64,000 nt of DNA from Deltaproteobacteria bacterium (GCA_029262515.1 JAJCZH010000020.1:65457-129456), one strand, 5' to 3'. Shown: positions 11,233-21,520, numbered from the stretch's first letter. Notes: generated by a model from the sequence alone, not told the origin. A program made the numbers and translations.

Positions 11233-12120
11233 CTACAACTTCGAAAAGGCCTCTGCTACTCTTTCTATATTCTCTATGTACTCTCTTTTAAGCGGACTGA
11301 TCCGTTCGACCTCGCCGTTGATCTCTCTCGCAATAACCTCTGCGGCACGCATCGAAAACTCGGGCGAGGTGAAGACAATACGGATCCGCTCCTCTTTGGC
11401 CATCTTTACCAGTCGCGCCACGCCTTGCGGGGTCGGTGCCTTACCGTCATGCTCAACAGAGACCTCTTCGAGCCCGTACAGAGAGGCGAAGTAAGCCCAG
11501 GCAGGGTGGTAGACTATAACTCTTGTACCCTCTTTACCCTTTAACAGAGCGCGAATAGATCCGTCGAGCCCTTTTAACTTCTTTACATAAGCCTCTTTGT
11601 TAGCCCTGTAGACCTCTCTCCCTTCGGGGTCGAGAGTTACAAGTCCGGAATAAATATTCTCGACCATCTTAATCGCATTTACCGGCGAGGTCCATATATG
11701 GGGGTCACTACGGCCTTCGTGACTTTCATGTCCGTCATGCTCTTTATCTCTTTCAACTCGTAAAAGCTCTATCCCCGCAGAGCTGTCGACTATTCGCATC
11801 TTCGGATTGAGTTTTACGATACGATCCATCCACATAAGTTCAAACTCTACGCCGGAGCCGACCTTGGCGTAGAGCCCGGCGCGGCTGACTGCTCTAAGCT
11901 GACTCGGCTTCGGCTCATAGGTATGCGGGTTGGCGCCTCTTGGCACCATTACCGTTACGTTCACCCTCTCTGCCCCTATTGCCTCGACAAAGGTTGCCAT
12001 CGGTTCTATGCTGACCATTACGTTAATCCGGGCTCCTGCCGAAGGCTCGCTTACTTTTTTACAACCGACACTCAGCACAGAGAGCAGAAGCAGCAACAGT
12101 ATATAAGAACGAAACTTCAC
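11233..12120 (-). CDS. znuA: Zn ABC transporter substrate-binding lipoprotein
   Basis: Lipobox SVGC; NPHTYEP, His-rich loop EHDGHESHEG, DPHIWTSP, YHPAWAYF. Confidence 0.92.
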   Translation of the reverse strand: MKFRSYILLLLLLSVLSVGCKKVSEPSAGARINVMVSIEPMATFVEAIGAERVNVTVMVPRGANPHTYEPKPSQLRAVSRAGLYAKVGSGVEFELMWMDRIVKLNPKMRIVDSSAGIELLRVERDKEHDGHESHEGRSDPHIWTSPVNAIKMVENIYSGLVTLDPEGREVYRANKEAYVKKLKGLDGSIRALLKGKEGTRVIVYHPAWAYFASLYGLEEVSVEHDGKAPTPQGVARLVKMAKEERIRIVFTSPEFSMRAAEVIAREINGEVERISPLKREYIENIERVAEAFSKL

Positions 12121-12560
12121 CTGGCGGACTCCGTGACTCCGTTACACAGAGCGCAGATTCCGAAGAATTCGAGTGAATGTTTTATAAAGGTAAAGTTCTT
12201 CTCAGCCGTGATCTGCTCTTCGAACTCCTTGAGGCATGCCTTCATCTCAAAGCACTCGATGTTCTTGCACTTCACGCAGACAAGATGGTGGTGGTGGCCG
12301 CCCTTCAGGTACTCGTAGCGGCGCAGTCCGTCACCGAGCTGGACTTCGCGAATCAGCTTCCGGGTTATCAGAAAATCGAGCTCGCGATATACGGTCGTCT
12401 TGTTGACACTTATTCCCTCGGTCGAAAGACGGAGCAGTAGCTCGGGCACGGTCATGGGGCTTTCGCCGGAGAGAAAAAGGCGCAGCACCGCTTTTCGGGT
12501 CGAGGTGAGCCGAAAGCCCTCTTTGCGCAGTCTCTCGAATATGATCTCTGTATCAGCCAC
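12117..12560 (-). CDS. zur: Fur-family regulator, probably Zur
   Basis: TTVYREL helix, HHHHLVCVKC, C-terminal CALC; heads znuACB; start set at GTG 12560 because the TTG at 12596 is the -35 box. Confidence 0.85.
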   Translation of the reverse strand: MADTEIIFERLRKEGFRLTSTRKAVLRLFLSGESPMTVPELLLRLSTEGISVNKTTVYRELDFLITRKLIREVQLGDGLRRYEYLKGGHHHHLVCVKCKNIECFEMKACLKEFEEQITAEKNFTFIKHSLEFFGICALCNGVTESAR

Positions 12561-12566
12561 CAGAGG

Positions 12567-12596
12567 AGTATAACGCAACTGAGTTGCGTCTGTCAA
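12567..12596 (-). promoter_or_regulatory. Sigma70 promoter with Zur-type operator in the spacer
   Basis: TTGACA-18 nt-TATACT; spacer holds the 7-3-7 palindrome ACGCAAC-tca-GTTGCGT. Confidence 0.8.
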
Positions 12597-12791
12597 AGAA
12601 ATAAGGGCCTGCTTGTCACGTTTCTCACATCTTTTCGCGCCTTTTCTCTCCTATTCTTCTCGCCTTAACCTCCGAATTCTCCAGAATTCGTCGTAAATAG
12701 TCACAAAAACAGTTCAAACCGACACCTTTAAAGACTGCACCAGTGATAAAACCAGAATATATGCAGCACCGTCCCGACACCTATTTCAAAC

Positions 12792-12828
12792 AAAAAACCC
12801 CGCGACCGGTAACGGTCGCGGGGTTTTT
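12792..12828. terminator. Intrinsic terminator after RNase E/G gene (bidirectional form)
   Basis: A6-CCCCGCGACCG-gtaa-CGGTCGCGGGG-T5. Confidence 0.9.
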
Positions 12829-12884
12829 ACTATTCAATCAAAAAGTATTTCAAAGAGGCTTTACATTGCTCCAAAAAGCCTGAA

Positions 12885-15131
12885 TCAGAAGATCTCGTAC
12901 CGCTCCTGATGGAAGCGGTCAACCGACTTAACCTCTATACTTCTGCCAGGAAAACGCCTGTTTAGCTCATCGAGCACCGCGGTCTCTGTTTTGAAACGCT
13001 TGGCCACGGCAGGGCTGACATAGATAGTCGCTTTCTTCTTTTTATGCGGCAACTCTCTCAACATATCCCTGAAGATATCCATAATAACCGTATCAACGTG
13101 GCGTACGATAGCGTTGCCTTCGCAGTACGGACACGGCTCGCAAAGCGATTGCGAGAGCGACTCACGTACCCTTTTACGAGTCATCTCAACTATACCGAGC
13201 TCGGAAATCTTCAATATATTTGTCCGTGCCTTATCAGCCCTCAAGGCCTCTCTCAACTCATTATAGACCTTTTCACGATCAGGCAACCGCTCCATATCGA
13301 TAAAATCTATGACGATAATACCGCCGATATTACGCAGCCTTAGCTGGTAAACGACCTCTACTACCGCTTCTAAGTTGGTCTTTAGTATCGTCTGGTCAGA
13401 GTTCTTTTTCCCTACGTACTTTCCGGTATTGACGTCGATAGCGGTTAGCGCCTCCATCTGGTCTATCACCAGGTGGCCGCCGGAACGGAGCCAGACCTTT
13501 CTGTCGACCGCGCCACCGATTTCGATATCGATTCCATTAGCGTCGAAAAGCTCTTCACCCCCCTCGAACAACTCTACTCGCGGAGCGAGAAAAGGCATAA
13601 ACTCATCTATAAACTTCGACGCCCGCTCGTACTCCTCCTTGCTGTCTATTATCAGCTTGCCTATATCGGAGCTGAAGGTATCACGTATCATACGGAGCGA
13701 CAGGTCGAGCTCTTCGTATAAAACACCCGGATTCGATACCGTCTCTCTATTGTTCTGTATCCTGTCCCAGAGTTTAATGAGGAAGTTCATATCGGCCTCA
13801 ATCTCCTCACGCGACACACCCTCGCAGACGGTCCTTATGATGAAACCGCAACCCTTGGGACGGAGATTATGAACAATATCCTTAAGCCTGCGCCGCTCCT
13901 TATCGCTAGAGATCCTTCTCGATACCGCGATCTTGCCATACGTCGGCATAAAGACCAGGTACCTGCCTGGAAGCGAAACGTATGAGGTGACGCGCGCGCC
14001 CTTGGTGCCTATAGGCTCCTTGGCGACCTGCACCATAACCTCCTGCCCCTCCTTGATCATGTCCTGAATACGGAACACTCCCTGGGCATTACGCTCCGGC
14101 TCTTTCTCGCCTTCTTCGTCAAAGCCGGCCATAGACCTCTTGATATCCGACACATGAAAGAAGGCCGTTCTTGCAAGGCCTATCTCGACAAAAGCCGACT
14201 GCATGCCCGGAAGCACGCGAACGATCTTGCCTTTATAGATATTCCCGGTAATACCCCTCTGCCTGTTGGCCCTGTCAACATAGAACTCGGCCAGACGCCC
14301 GTCCTCCATAAGAGCTATACGTGTCTCAAACGGGGTGGAGTTTACCAGTATCTCCTTTTTAACATTGCGGTTGATCTTGGGGCGTGGTTCTCTGCGATTA
14401 TCCCTGCGAGAGTCGCGCCGCGGAGATCTCGGCTCCCGCCGAACAGCCGTGCGCCGGTGCGAGTCGGTCTTAGCCTGAGTTGCCTCTTTTTTCTGTGCGC
14501 CGCTATTCTCATCTCCTTCTTTAACAGTGCCTGAGGTCTCTGCGCCTTCATCTCTGCGCGCACCGCCACGGCCTCTGCGCGCTCCACCGCGAGAACCTCT
14601 GCGAGAACCTTTGCGGGGCTCTCTATCGGTTGAACCTTCTACCCTGTCACCAGCAGATGCGGCCCCCTCACTGGCAGACGAACCTTCTGTGGCAGTCTCA
14701 CCTCCGGACTCCGTAGAGTCGTTTTCGAGAAGCTCTTTGTCTGCGAACTTCTCGGCCCTCGGGCCTCTTCTCGCTCCGCCACGACCGCCTCTCGAACCTC
14801 GGCGCGTTGGCCTTCTCGGCTCTTTCGAACTCTCTTCGCCCTCTCCAGAACTCGACTCCTTGTTACCGGGCCCATCGTTTCCGCCCCGCTCCGGTGAATC
14901 GCTACTATGCACCTCTTTTCGATCTGAAGAACTGTTAGAAGAAGCACGATCCGCTACCGGTTCTCCCTCAGGCCTATTATTGTCGGACCCGTTAGCATTT
15001 GCGCCCTTTTTAACTTCAACATCGTTTTCCGGCCTGCCATCAGGTTTGTCAGCCGATCTGTCCGGCGATTTGTCTGGCGTACTCACTGCCGGACTGTCCG
15101 GCTTTACGCCGTCGTCACTACTATTTGTCAT
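12885..15131 (-). CDS. Ribonuclease E/G family protein with long N-terminal disordered extension
   Basis: GNIYKGKIVRVLPGMQSAFV, QVAKEPIGTKGAR, IDVNTG, LRLRNIGGIIVIDFIDM, CPYCEG; first ~255 aa low-complexity. Confidence 0.93.
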   Translation of the reverse strand: MTNSSDDGVKPDSPAVSTPDKSPDRSADKPDGRPENDVEVKKGANANGSDNNRPEGEPVADRASSNSSSDRKEVHSSDSPERGGNDGPGNKESSSGEGEESSKEPRRPTRRGSRGGRGGARRGPRAEKFADKELLENDSTESGGETATEGSSASEGAASAGDRVEGSTDREPRKGSRRGSRGGARRGRGGARRDEGAETSGTVKEGDENSGAQKKEATQAKTDSHRRTAVRREPRSPRRDSRRDNRREPRPKINRNVKKEILVNSTPFETRIALMEDGRLAEFYVDRANRQRGITGNIYKGKIVRVLPGMQSAFVEIGLARTAFFHVSDIKRSMAGFDEEGEKEPERNAQGVFRIQDMIKEGQEVMVQVAKEPIGTKGARVTSYVSLPGRYLVFMPTYGKIAVSRRISSDKERRRLKDIVHNLRPKGCGFIIRTVCEGVSREEIEADMNFLIKLWDRIQNNRETVSNPGVLYEELDLSLRMIRDTFSSDIGKLIIDSKEEYERASKFIDEFMPFLAPRVELFEGGEELFDANGIDIEIGGAVDRKVWLRSGGHLVIDQMEALTAIDVNTGKYVGKKNSDQTILKTNLEAVVEVVYQLRLRNIGGIIVIDFIDMERLPDREKVYNELREALRADKARTNILKISELGIVEMTRKRVRESLSQSLCEPCPYCEGNAIVRHVDTVIMDIFRDMLRELPHKKKKATIYVSPAVAKRFKTETAVLDELNRRFPGRSIEVKSVDRFHQERYEIF

Positions 15132-15305
15132 ACATTCCTTCCTGAAAAACCGGACTCATACGTGAGGCTCCGGTCTCAAAAGATTAAACCGATCCGCAAT
15201 AATGAAAGATGACCGTCTGCCTCAGACAGAAGCGAGACCCAGCTTAAATAAGTCGGGAGCTTCTAGCCTGAGCAAGTTATCACTCATCCACTTAGGTGTG
15301 AGCCG

Positions 15306-18017
15306 CTAGAGCCCTACACTATTGCAATTAACGGATCTGGTCTTCAGGATAGGTATAAGGGGGGTTTCTTCAGGAGAAAAGTTAAAGAAATGGACCAGTA
15401 CATCTGAGGGCCGCAGGCTAGAGCCCGGCCCCCTCTTAAGCACAAGTCGCAAAGTTTCCTCGTCAACGAGCTCTAACTCGTTAACAAGCTGCTTCATATC
15501 TACCTCTTTAACTTTACCTTTTTTTGCGATACTTAAAATTACAGCATCCTTCCCAGCAAAATCCCTAATATACCTATCAATTCGATTAAAATCTATATTT
15601 AAGCCCTTCGGGGCTCTTTTAAATAAAATTAGATACTCGGCTGCATCCATACTACCAGAGGCGCGCGAAAGTTTCAAGTGGGTAGGCACTGCCTCAAGAA
15701 ACTTTATTCCCTCGGGTGATGTACGGTTTAGCCGCTCTAAAATTTCCTCCGGCTCAAGCCTTCCGTTTAAACCATTCAACTCAACTCCGAAAGATTCATC
15801 GAGGCTCTCTATGCCGACCGGCAACGGATCCGGGAACGACATGCGCTGCATGGGGTGAAAACCCTTTGAGTAGATGACAGGAAGCCCGGCCCGTTTTATG
15901 TTCCTCTTTATAGCACTGACTATCTCCAAATGGCCCAGAAACTTAAGAGGCCCGAGCCGCGAATACCGGACAGTATATCGAAGCGGAAGCTCCTCCTCGA
16001 CCGGCTCTTCTTGCGAAACAGGCGAAACTTCACCTGAAGAAGAGGAAACCTCCCCTGAAGCAGAAGTAGCATGCTCTGCGCCGTCACTTGCCAATACATT
16101 CTTTACTACCTTGAAGTCGCATACGCCGCAGTAGGAACAGGAGTCGATTTTACAGTCCGGTGTCTGCTCGGGCGCGACGCCCTCCATTTCCGAATTCTCA
16201 TCTGCGCCCTCTGCGGATACACTCATAGCGGAAGTCACTTCTGCATACACATCCTCTACGGAAGAACCCCCTACTGCTTTTTTGTACTCATCTATCAGAA
16301 ACTCTTCTGTTACTCCAGGTGACAGGTGCTGCCACGGAAGGGTCTCCCCAAAGTTCCGCTCTCTGTGGGTATAAAATGCGGTCTCTACGCCCAGTTCCTC
16401 AAAAGCCTGCTCCCATACCTCTGACTTCAACTCTTCGCTCCAGCCGTCGAAACGGGCGCCCTTTTCAAACGCCCTCTGTATCACCGCCGATAACCTTCTA
16501 TCTCCGCGCGAAAAGACCCCTTCCAGGATAGACGCGCCCGGATCGTTCCACTTAAAGTCGAGCCCGGAACTCCTAAGCCTCTTTCTAAGGACCGCATGAA
16601 CCTCGCGGCATCTCTCAAGCTCCATCTGGGGGATCCACTGAAAGGGTGTAAACGGTTTTGGAATAAAGGTTGTAACGGACACGCTAACCTGAGGAGAGCC
16701 TTTCATGATGCGTTTGCCGACCTGGCGGACTTTAGAGCCGAGTTGTACGATTCCGAGCAGGTCCTCTTCCGTTTCGGTCGGCAGCCCTACCATGAAGTAG
16801 AGTTTGATGGCACGCCAGCCGAGCGAGAAGACCATCTCGGCAGTACGTATAAGGTCCTCTTCGCTTATGCCCTTGTTTATCACCATCCGGAGCCTCTCGG
16901 TACCGGCCTCTGGTGCAAGCGTAAAACCTGTCTTTCGTACCCGCGCTACCTCGCTGGCAACCGTCTTGCTGAGACTGCCGACTCTCAGCGAAGGCAGCGA
17001 CATCGCCACGCCCTCTTTGCTGAGGTCGCACATAAGGCCTGTAATAAGGCCATCGATCTCGGTATAATCACCGGTGCTGAGACTGAGAAGCGACGCCTCG
17101 TCGTAACCGGTATTTAAAAGCTCGGTCTCTACAATAGAGCTTATCTTCGCTTTCGAGCGCTCTCTTGCCGGCCTGTAGATCATTCCCGCCTGGCAGAACC
17201 TGCAACCGCGCGTACAGCCGCGCATAATCTCAACCGAGACCCTGTCGTGCACGGTTTCGGCAAAAGGCACAATCGGGTTAAGCGGTACCGGAAGCTGCTC
17301 TATGTCCGGCTCTGTCCTCTTCAATATTCCGTCGTAACCGGCAACCGTCGAACGGATCTCCTTGACGGTACTGTCCGCATTGTACAAAACCTCGAAGAAT
17401 GAAGGTATATAGACTCCCGGGATCTTGCTGAGCCTGCCAAGCGTCTCGGCCCTGCTCTCCCCTGTTGCTCTCGACTCCTTTACCGCCTCTGCAATCTCAA
17501 CTGCGGCCAGCTCACCGTCGCCTAAAAGAACGGCATCGAAAAACTCGGCCATCGGCTCCACGTTAAAAGCCACCGGGCCTCCGGCAATAATAAAAGGCTC
17601 GCTCTCGGCCCGGTCAGCCGCTTTCAAGCTTATGCCACCGAGATCGAGCATATTGAGAATATTCGTGAACGAGAGTTCGTACTGGAGTGAAAAACCGACT
17701 ATGTCGCACTGATAGAGCGGTATCCGGTTTTCCAGCGTAGAGAGCGGTACTGAACGGGCACGCATAAGCTCTTCCATGTCGGTCCACGGCGCAAAGACCC
17801 GCTCGCAGGCTATGTCATCGACACTGTTCAGGGCCGTATAAAGAACCTGAAAACCGAGGTGGCTCATGCCGAGCTCATAGGCGTCCGGAAAGGCGAGGGC
17901 GAACTTTACCCCGACGCTATCCAGATTCTTCTTTACAGAGTTAAGCTCGCCGCCTATGTAACGCGAAGGGCGCCTGACGAGCGGTAACAACTCTTCCATG
18001 CTTTCTCTCTTATTCAC
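15306..18017 (-). CDS. B12-binding-type radical SAM protein (TIGR03960-like) fused to DUF2344/TIGR03936-like domain
   Basis: RPSRYIGGELN, FPDAYELGMSHLG, RGCTRGCRFCQAG, CxxxxCxxCGVC, then YSKGFHPMQRMSF..PLPVGIES. Confidence 0.88.
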   Translation of the reverse strand: MNKRESMEELLPLVRRPSRYIGGELNSVKKNLDSVGVKFALAFPDAYELGMSHLGFQVLYTALNSVDDIACERVFAPWTDMEELMRARSVPLSTLENRIPLYQCDIVGFSLQYELSFTNILNMLDLGGISLKAADRAESEPFIIAGGPVAFNVEPMAEFFDAVLLGDGELAAVEIAEAVKESRATGESRAETLGRLSKIPGVYIPSFFEVLYNADSTVKEIRSTVAGYDGILKRTEPDIEQLPVPLNPIVPFAETVHDRVSVEIMRGCTRGCRFCQAGMIYRPARERSKAKISSIVETELLNTGYDEASLLSLSTGDYTEIDGLITGLMCDLSKEGVAMSLPSLRVGSLSKTVASEVARVRKTGFTLAPEAGTERLRMVINKGISEEDLIRTAEMVFSLGWRAIKLYFMVGLPTETEEDLLGIVQLGSKVRQVGKRIMKGSPQVSVSVTTFIPKPFTPFQWIPQMELERCREVHAVLRKRLRSSGLDFKWNDPGASILEGVFSRGDRRLSAVIQRAFEKGARFDGWSEELKSEVWEQAFEELGVETAFYTHRERNFGETLPWQHLSPGVTEEFLIDEYKKAVGGSSVEDVYAEVTSAMSVSAEGADENSEMEGVAPEQTPDCKIDSCSYCGVCDFKVVKNVLASDGAEHATSASGEVSSSSGEVSPVSQEEPVEEELPLRYTVRYSRLGPLKFLGHLEIVSAIKRNIKRAGLPVIYSKGFHPMQRMSFPDPLPVGIESLDESFGVELNGLNGRLEPEEILERLNRTSPEGIKFLEAVPTHLKLSRASGSMDAAEYLILFKRAPKGLNIDFNRIDRYIRDFAGKDAVILSIAKKGKVKEVDMKQLVNELELVDEETLRLVLKRGPGSSLRPSDVLVHFFNFSPEETPLIPILKTRSVNCNSVGL

Positions 18018-18039
18018 GTACCACCTTTTCCTTCTCTCT

Positions 18040-19806
18040 CTAACCTATACAGACCCCGCACCTCGTGCAGCTTCCGACATCACACGGCGGGGTCAATCTC
18101 TCATCCATTCCTCTTTGGTACTCGCGCCACAGGTACAACTTGTCGAGACCGTGTCCTATAAAATCCCACGGCAAGATATCCTCTTCGGAAACCTCCCTGT
18201 AGATCGACCCGATAACAGACTCTTTCTTCTTCCACTTCTTAAAGGCCCGTGCCGGACTCAATGCCGCAGCCTCTATAATAAACTGCCCGGCACGCCTGTC
18301 GGCCCTCGATAGGTAGGCCTGAACAAGAGCCTCCTTTGCGCTTAGCGCCTTTACCGTAATGCCGCGCTCTCTTTTAAGCGCCTCTTTTATCCCGGCTATT
18401 CGCTTATCTACCGTAACCGCATTCTCAAAAGGGTGAAACTGAAACGGCGTAAACGGCTTCGGCACGAACGGGTTTATCGACAGATGCAGCATACCCTTTT
18501 TCATTAAAGAGCGTATTCTCAACGTGAGAGTTGAGATAGCGAGGGCATCGTAGTGTGTTTCGGTTGGAAGACCGATGAGGAAGTAGAGTTTTATCTTCGA
18601 AAAACCGGCCTCAACAACCTCTTCAACCGTAGAGAGTATCTCGGCATCAGTCATACCCTTGTTGATTACGGCACGGAGCCGCTCCGTACCGGCCTCCGGG
18701 GCCATGGTAACGGTCTTGTAGCCGGCCTCTTTCAAAGAGTGCAAAAAAGGCGCGTCGAGCGAATCGAGCCTCAGTGAACTGAGCGTAACAGGCGCCCCAA
18801 GGCCGAGCCCGGCTTCGACCACCTCTTTAATATCAGGGTACTCGGAGACGGCAGCCCCTATCAGGCCGATCTGACCGCCTCTCTCTACGCCCTCAGCCAC
18901 CACGTCCTTAACCTTTTCTACATCTCGCCACCTCGGCGGCAGGTAGAGAAAACCTGCGGCGCAAAAACGGCAGCCGCGCCCGCAACCGCGCTCGACTTCG
19001 GTTAGGAATGTATCTTTAAAACCGGTATCCGGCGTATAGATAAAGGAGCGCGGGATGTCGAATTGGTCGAGATCGAGGTTTTTGGTCGCAAGGATCTTTT
19101 CTTTGATGCCGTGCCGAGGCCTGAAACTCTTTATACCGACGTGATCATACTCGACCTCGTAGAGCGAGGGAATATAGGTAAAGGGCAGGCTGTCTAACCC
19201 CGCAACTCTATCAACTCTGCCAGGGACCGACTCGCATAACTCAAGAAATCTGTCTATAAATAGATGGAGCGCCCCTTCTGCCTCGCCGAGAATAAAGAGG
19301 TCGATCATATCGGCCAGAGGCTCGGGGTTGAGCGATACTGCCACTCCTCCGGCTACTACCAGCGGGTCGAATACGGCCCGTTTGCCTAAACCCCGCTCTG
19401 CCGATAGAAGAGGTACTTTACCAAGGCCGAGTATCTTCGGGATGTTGAAATAATCCTCCTCAAAGGCTATTGAGAAGGCGATAATATCAAACTCCGTGAG
19501 AGGGCTCTTCGTCTCATACGAGAAAAGCGGAACCTCTGTTCTCCCATACTCTTTCAACTCTTCGGGATCGGGCAGGAAGGCCCTCTCCACGGTTACTACG
19601 CCCTTGCCCTCGCGATATGTATCGAACAGATGGCAGACCGACTGAAAGCCTAGGTTACTCATGCCGAGTTTGTAAGTATTCGGAAAGATAACGCAGATAC
19701 TTAGAGAGCCTCCGCCGCTGGAGGCAGAGCGAAGAGCACCTGTCTCACTCTTCAGGCGCTGATTAATAACCTCTACGAGCTTTCTTCTTTTATCCCTGTG
19801 GCCGAT
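18040..19806 (-). CDS. Second B12-binding-type radical SAM paralogue; probable ATC start
   Basis: RGCGRGCRFCAAG, APEAGTERLR, KLYFLIGLP, C-terminal CDVGSCTRCGVC; frame open upstream of ATG 19662 through ICVIFPNTYKLGMSNLG; start position uncertain. Confidence 0.82.
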   Translation of the reverse strand: MGHRDKRRKLVEVINQRLKSETGALRSASSGGGSLSICVIFPNTYKLGMSNLGFQSVCHLFDTYREGKGVVTVERAFLPDPEELKEYGRTEVPLFSYETKSPLTEFDIIAFSIAFEEDYFNIPKILGLGKVPLLSAERGLGKRAVFDPLVVAGGVAVSLNPEPLADMIDLFILGEAEGALHLFIDRFLELCESVPGRVDRVAGLDSLPFTYIPSLYEVEYDHVGIKSFRPRHGIKEKILATKNLDLDQFDIPRSFIYTPDTGFKDTFLTEVERGCGRGCRFCAAGFLYLPPRWRDVEKVKDVVAEGVERGGQIGLIGAAVSEYPDIKEVVEAGLGLGAPVTLSSLRLDSLDAPFLHSLKEAGYKTVTMAPEAGTERLRAVINKGMTDAEILSTVEEVVEAGFSKIKLYFLIGLPTETHYDALAISTLTLRIRSLMKKGMLHLSINPFVPKPFTPFQFHPFENAVTVDKRIAGIKEALKRERGITVKALSAKEALVQAYLSRADRRAGQFIIEAAALSPARAFKKWKKKESVIGSIYREVSEEDILPWDFIGHGLDKLYLWREYQRGMDERLTPPCDVGSCTRCGVCIG

Positions 19807-19831
19807 ACTGCAACTCCCTGTTCTGTTATAG

Positions 19832-19865
19832 AAAAAAAAGTCCGCAGGCAGAGCAGCACCCGCGG
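19832..19865 (-). terminator. Intrinsic terminator between dcw operon and radical SAM genes
   Basis: Minus strand CCGCGGGT-gctgctct-GCCTGCGG-ac-T8. Confidence 0.65.
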
Positions 19866-20232
19866 GATAGTAAAATTATCTCATATAATCAATATGTTTG
19901 CAAGTAAGCAGCGAAAAACCGGCAAGACAGACAGGATACAAACCTGAGTGGTTGAACCCGACACAGGCCATACAAACGCATGTATATAACAGTAGGCACG
20001 ATAAAGGATAAAGAGCCTGACAAGCAGCAGTGCCCTAAAGAGCAACGCTACCGGCCTGAAAATAGGATCGGGCCCTAACGGGCCGAACTGACAGGTAGCG
20101 CGTTAGTACTTCAATATCGAACCAACCGGCAGGTGAGCGCACCAGACCTGCGGTACCGAAACCTCTACGACAAGGCCGGGCCTATCGAAGCAGACCGGCC
20201 ACCGGCGTCATACAAACAGGTAAACCGGCGGC

Positions 20233-21411
20233 TCAGTCGGCCTGCTTGCGAAGAAAGGTCGGGGTATCGTATATGTCCTCATCGTCGAGATTCAACCCGC
20301 CCATCTGCGAGTAACGGCGTATTTCTGAATTCCGAAGCTCTTCGGTCTTTGTGTTGTCCTTGCGTACAAAAGCCGGAAGATCGAGGTTCTCAATAACCTC
20401 TGCCTCAGCTATTACGGATGCCTCGTTACCTGCTCTCGCCTCGGCCAGTTTGCCAAAACCGGTAGCTATTACGGTAACCCTGACCTCCTCGCCCATACTC
20501 TCGTCTATGACCGCGCCGAAGATAATATTCGCATCTTCATGCGACTCTTCCTGCACAAGGCACGACGCCTCGTGTACGTCATGTATGGTCATCTCTGAGG
20601 AGCCGGTTATGTTTATAAGCACGCCCTTAGCGCCGCTTATCGAGATATCTTCGAGCAGAGGCGAGCTGATCGCTTTTCTTGCGGCCTCCTGCGCCCTGTT
20701 CTCACCGCGCGCTATGCCGCTTCCCATAAGGGCCTGGCCCATCTCGCCCATGATCGTCTTGACGTCGGCAAAATCGACATTAACAAGCCCGGGCACGGTA
20801 ATAACGTCCGAGATTCCCTTTACCGCTTGGTAGAGCACTTCATCGGCCTTCTTGAATGCATCGGCTAAAGAGGTATTCTTGCACGCAACCGAGAGCAGGC
20901 GCTGGTTCGGTATTACTATAACCGTATCGACTACCTCTTTTAGCTTTTCGAGCCCCTCTTCCGCTTTACGCATCTTTCTGGTGCCCTCAAAGACAAAGGG
21001 CTTGGTCACGACCGCAACCACTAACGCTCCGGCCTCTCTTGCGATCTCGGCTATTACCGGGGCCGCACCCGTTCCGGTTCCGCCACCCATGCCCGCAGTT
21101 ACGAAGACCATATCCGTATCGTGCAACGATTCCGCCAGTAGCTCTGCACTCTCCATCGCGGCATTACGTCCCACTTCGGGATTGGCCCCTGCGCCCAGCC
21201 CCTTGGTAAGCCCGGCCCCCAACTGAACCTTAACCCCTGCCTTGGAGTGGCTCAGCGCCTGAACATCCGTATTGGCGACCATAAACTCAACGCCCTCGAG
21301 CCCGGCCTCTATCATCGTATTTACCGCATTACCGCCACAACCGCCCGTACCTATTACCTTGAGCCTTGCTCCCGAATTGAAACCCTCCGCCAGCTCTATA
21401 GACATACCCAC
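20233..21411 (-). CDS. ftsZ: Cell division protein FtsZ
   Basis: [27 protein letters not shown]-terminal [11 protein letters not shown]. Confidence 0.98.
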   Translation of the reverse strand: MGMSIELAEGFNSGARLKVIGTGGCGGNAVNTMIEAGLEGVEFMVANTDVQALSHSKAGVKVQLGAGLTKGLGAGANPEVGRNAAMESAELLAESLHDTDMVFVTAGMGGGTGTGAAPVIAEIAREAGALVVAVVTKPFVFEGTRKMRKAEEGLEKLKEVVDTVIVIPNQRLLSVACKNTSLADAFKKADEVLYQAVKGISDVITVPGLVNVDFADVKTIMGEMGQALMGSGIARGENRAQEAARKAISSPLLEDISISGAKGVLINITGSSEMTIHDVHEASCLVQEESHEDANIIFGAVIDESMGEEVRVTVIATGFGKLAEARAGNEASVIAEAEVIENLDLPAFVRKDNTKTEELRNSEIRRYSQMGGLNLDDEDIYDTPTFLRKQAD

Positions 21412-21520
21412 CTCCTTGGTTTTAAAAAATCGATCGAAACAGAATTCCTATATCTTTACCGGTTCAGCAAAAGCCGGACCGGAATTTTTTTCTACCGACA
21501 AGCTGAACTGACCCTGCTGA

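Noticed and set aside
19905..20232. ncRNA or small gene in the ftsZ trailer
   Set aside because: Only short GC hairpins and tiny ORFs without RBS; no recognisable RNA family
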